A stretch of DNA of 63,960 bases, filler included, from Chiloscyllium plagiosum (taxonomy: Eukaryota), in NCBI RefSeq assembly GCF_004010195.1. It is 4 parts of one record of this genome, joined end to end, with 100 filler letters (N's around TTAATTAATTAA, not from the genome) between each part and the next. Parts side by side here need not be neighbours in the genome. Positions count along the whole stretch, not along the records: positions 54,926 to 63,960 come from NC_057712.1; 3 more parts are not named here. The stretch is one strand, 5' to 3'. Below the pieces are notes generated by a model, which made no database searches, was not told the DNA's origin, and worked only from the letters and a program-made list of their open reading frames with translations. A program made the translations under genes and the position numbers. Positions 62,766 through 63,960 of the stretch are shown piece by piece. How positions within the stretch are numbered: position 1 is the stretch's first letter; every line of letters starts with the position of its first letter.

Positions 62766-63960
62766 AAAAATAAACTAGACTGGACAGTGAAGGCGGCATT
62801 TGGTATGCTTGCCTTTATTGGTCAGTACATTGAGTGCAAGAGCTGAGAGGGAATATTGTGGCTTTTCAGGACATTGGCTGGGCAACTTTTGGGATATTGC
62901 ATTCAAGTCTAGTCTCCCTGCGAGAGGAAAGATGTGAAATTTGAAAGGGTTCAGAAAATATTTATAAGTATTTTACTTAGGTTGGAGGATTTGAGTGACA
63001 GAGAGAAGCTGAATAGGCTGGGGAAATCTTCCCTGCAGCGTTGGAGACTGCGGGATGACCATACAGAAGTTTATAAAATCATGGTGGGCATGGATAGGGC
63101 AAATAGTCAAGGTCTTTTCCCCGGGGTAGATGAGTCCAGACCTAGAGGGCATAAGTTTAAGGTGAGAGGGGAAAGATTTAAAAGGATCTAAGGGGCAACA
63201 TTTTTACCCAAAGGATGGTGCATGTATGGAATGAGCCACTAGAGGAGGTGGTGGAAGCAGATACAATTACAATTACAATTTTTAAAAGGCATCTGGATGG
63301 GTGTATGATTAGGAAGGGTTTAAAGGGATATTGGCCAAATGCTGGAAAATGGGACTAGATTAATTTAGGATATCTGATTGGCATGGATGAGTTGGACCAA
63401 AGGGTCTGTTTCTGCACTGTTGATCTCTATGACTCTATTAAATACTTCTTGATTGACTGGAATTTCTACACTACTACTATAAATCCAATACACTAGCTGA
63501 GAAGAAGGTCACTTCTTCCTGACAGTTATTAACTGTTATAAATGGATACAGAAACCAAGCAATTTCATTCTAATGACAGGAGAAAATAAATCTTTTCTTC
63601 TCCTTTGTCTGGCAATAGTCCAAAATGTGCTGGATTTGTCCCACCAAATACCTTGTATGATATCCAGCTGTCAGGTATAGAGTTGGATTCTGCTTGTTTC
63701 TAGTCACATGTTAGAGATAGAAATTAAGCACTGCTCTCATACCAAAGCTGTACTTAAACTGTGCCAATCAAAATGGTGCTACTATTCCAGTTATATTGAC
63801 GTGAACGAATGAATGTTGTACTACAATATCGTGGCTATTTGACGTGTTCAATGCAAACTGGAGCCTATGATGAGATGCTTTAAATGTAAATGCTGTAGTA
63901 TTAATGGTCCTCCTAGGACAACTAGTTTGAATATGACATTTATGTTTTTCACTTTTAGAT

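Noticed and set aside
63650..63700. Possible upstream FBXO41 exon (minus tag|...AAG|gtattt)
   Set aside because: No recognisable similarity to FBXO41 and a weak acceptor.

Overview
Vertebrate genomic DNA, almost certainly from a shark or other elasmobranch, inferred from HE1-type V-SINEs, SacSINE1-like DeuSINEs and HER1-like CR1 LINEs. It is a gapped draft assembly with artificial TTAATTAATTAA contig linkers. The only host gene I can support is FBXO41 on the minus strand: four internal coding exons at 53295-52934, 29079-28838, 21982-21867 and 11745-11593, all with GT-AG ends and compatible phases. Its introns consist almost entirely of nested retroelements: many CR1 fragments, a Rex1/Babar LINE, SINEs, and Penelope-like elements (PLEs) of the Neptune and Poseidon types. 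Two things stand out. (1) A degraded, 3'-truncated endogenous retrovirus (LTR, tRNA-Leu PBS, gag, protease) carries a 2H-phosphoesterase-like domain (HVTL...PHITL) right after the protease. (2) About 20 short PLE-derived inserts carry minimal type-I hammerhead-ribozyme motifs in at least three sequence families; many are head-to-head palindromes and one is a tandem ribozyme dimer. Most repeat boundaries are approximate, read by eye.
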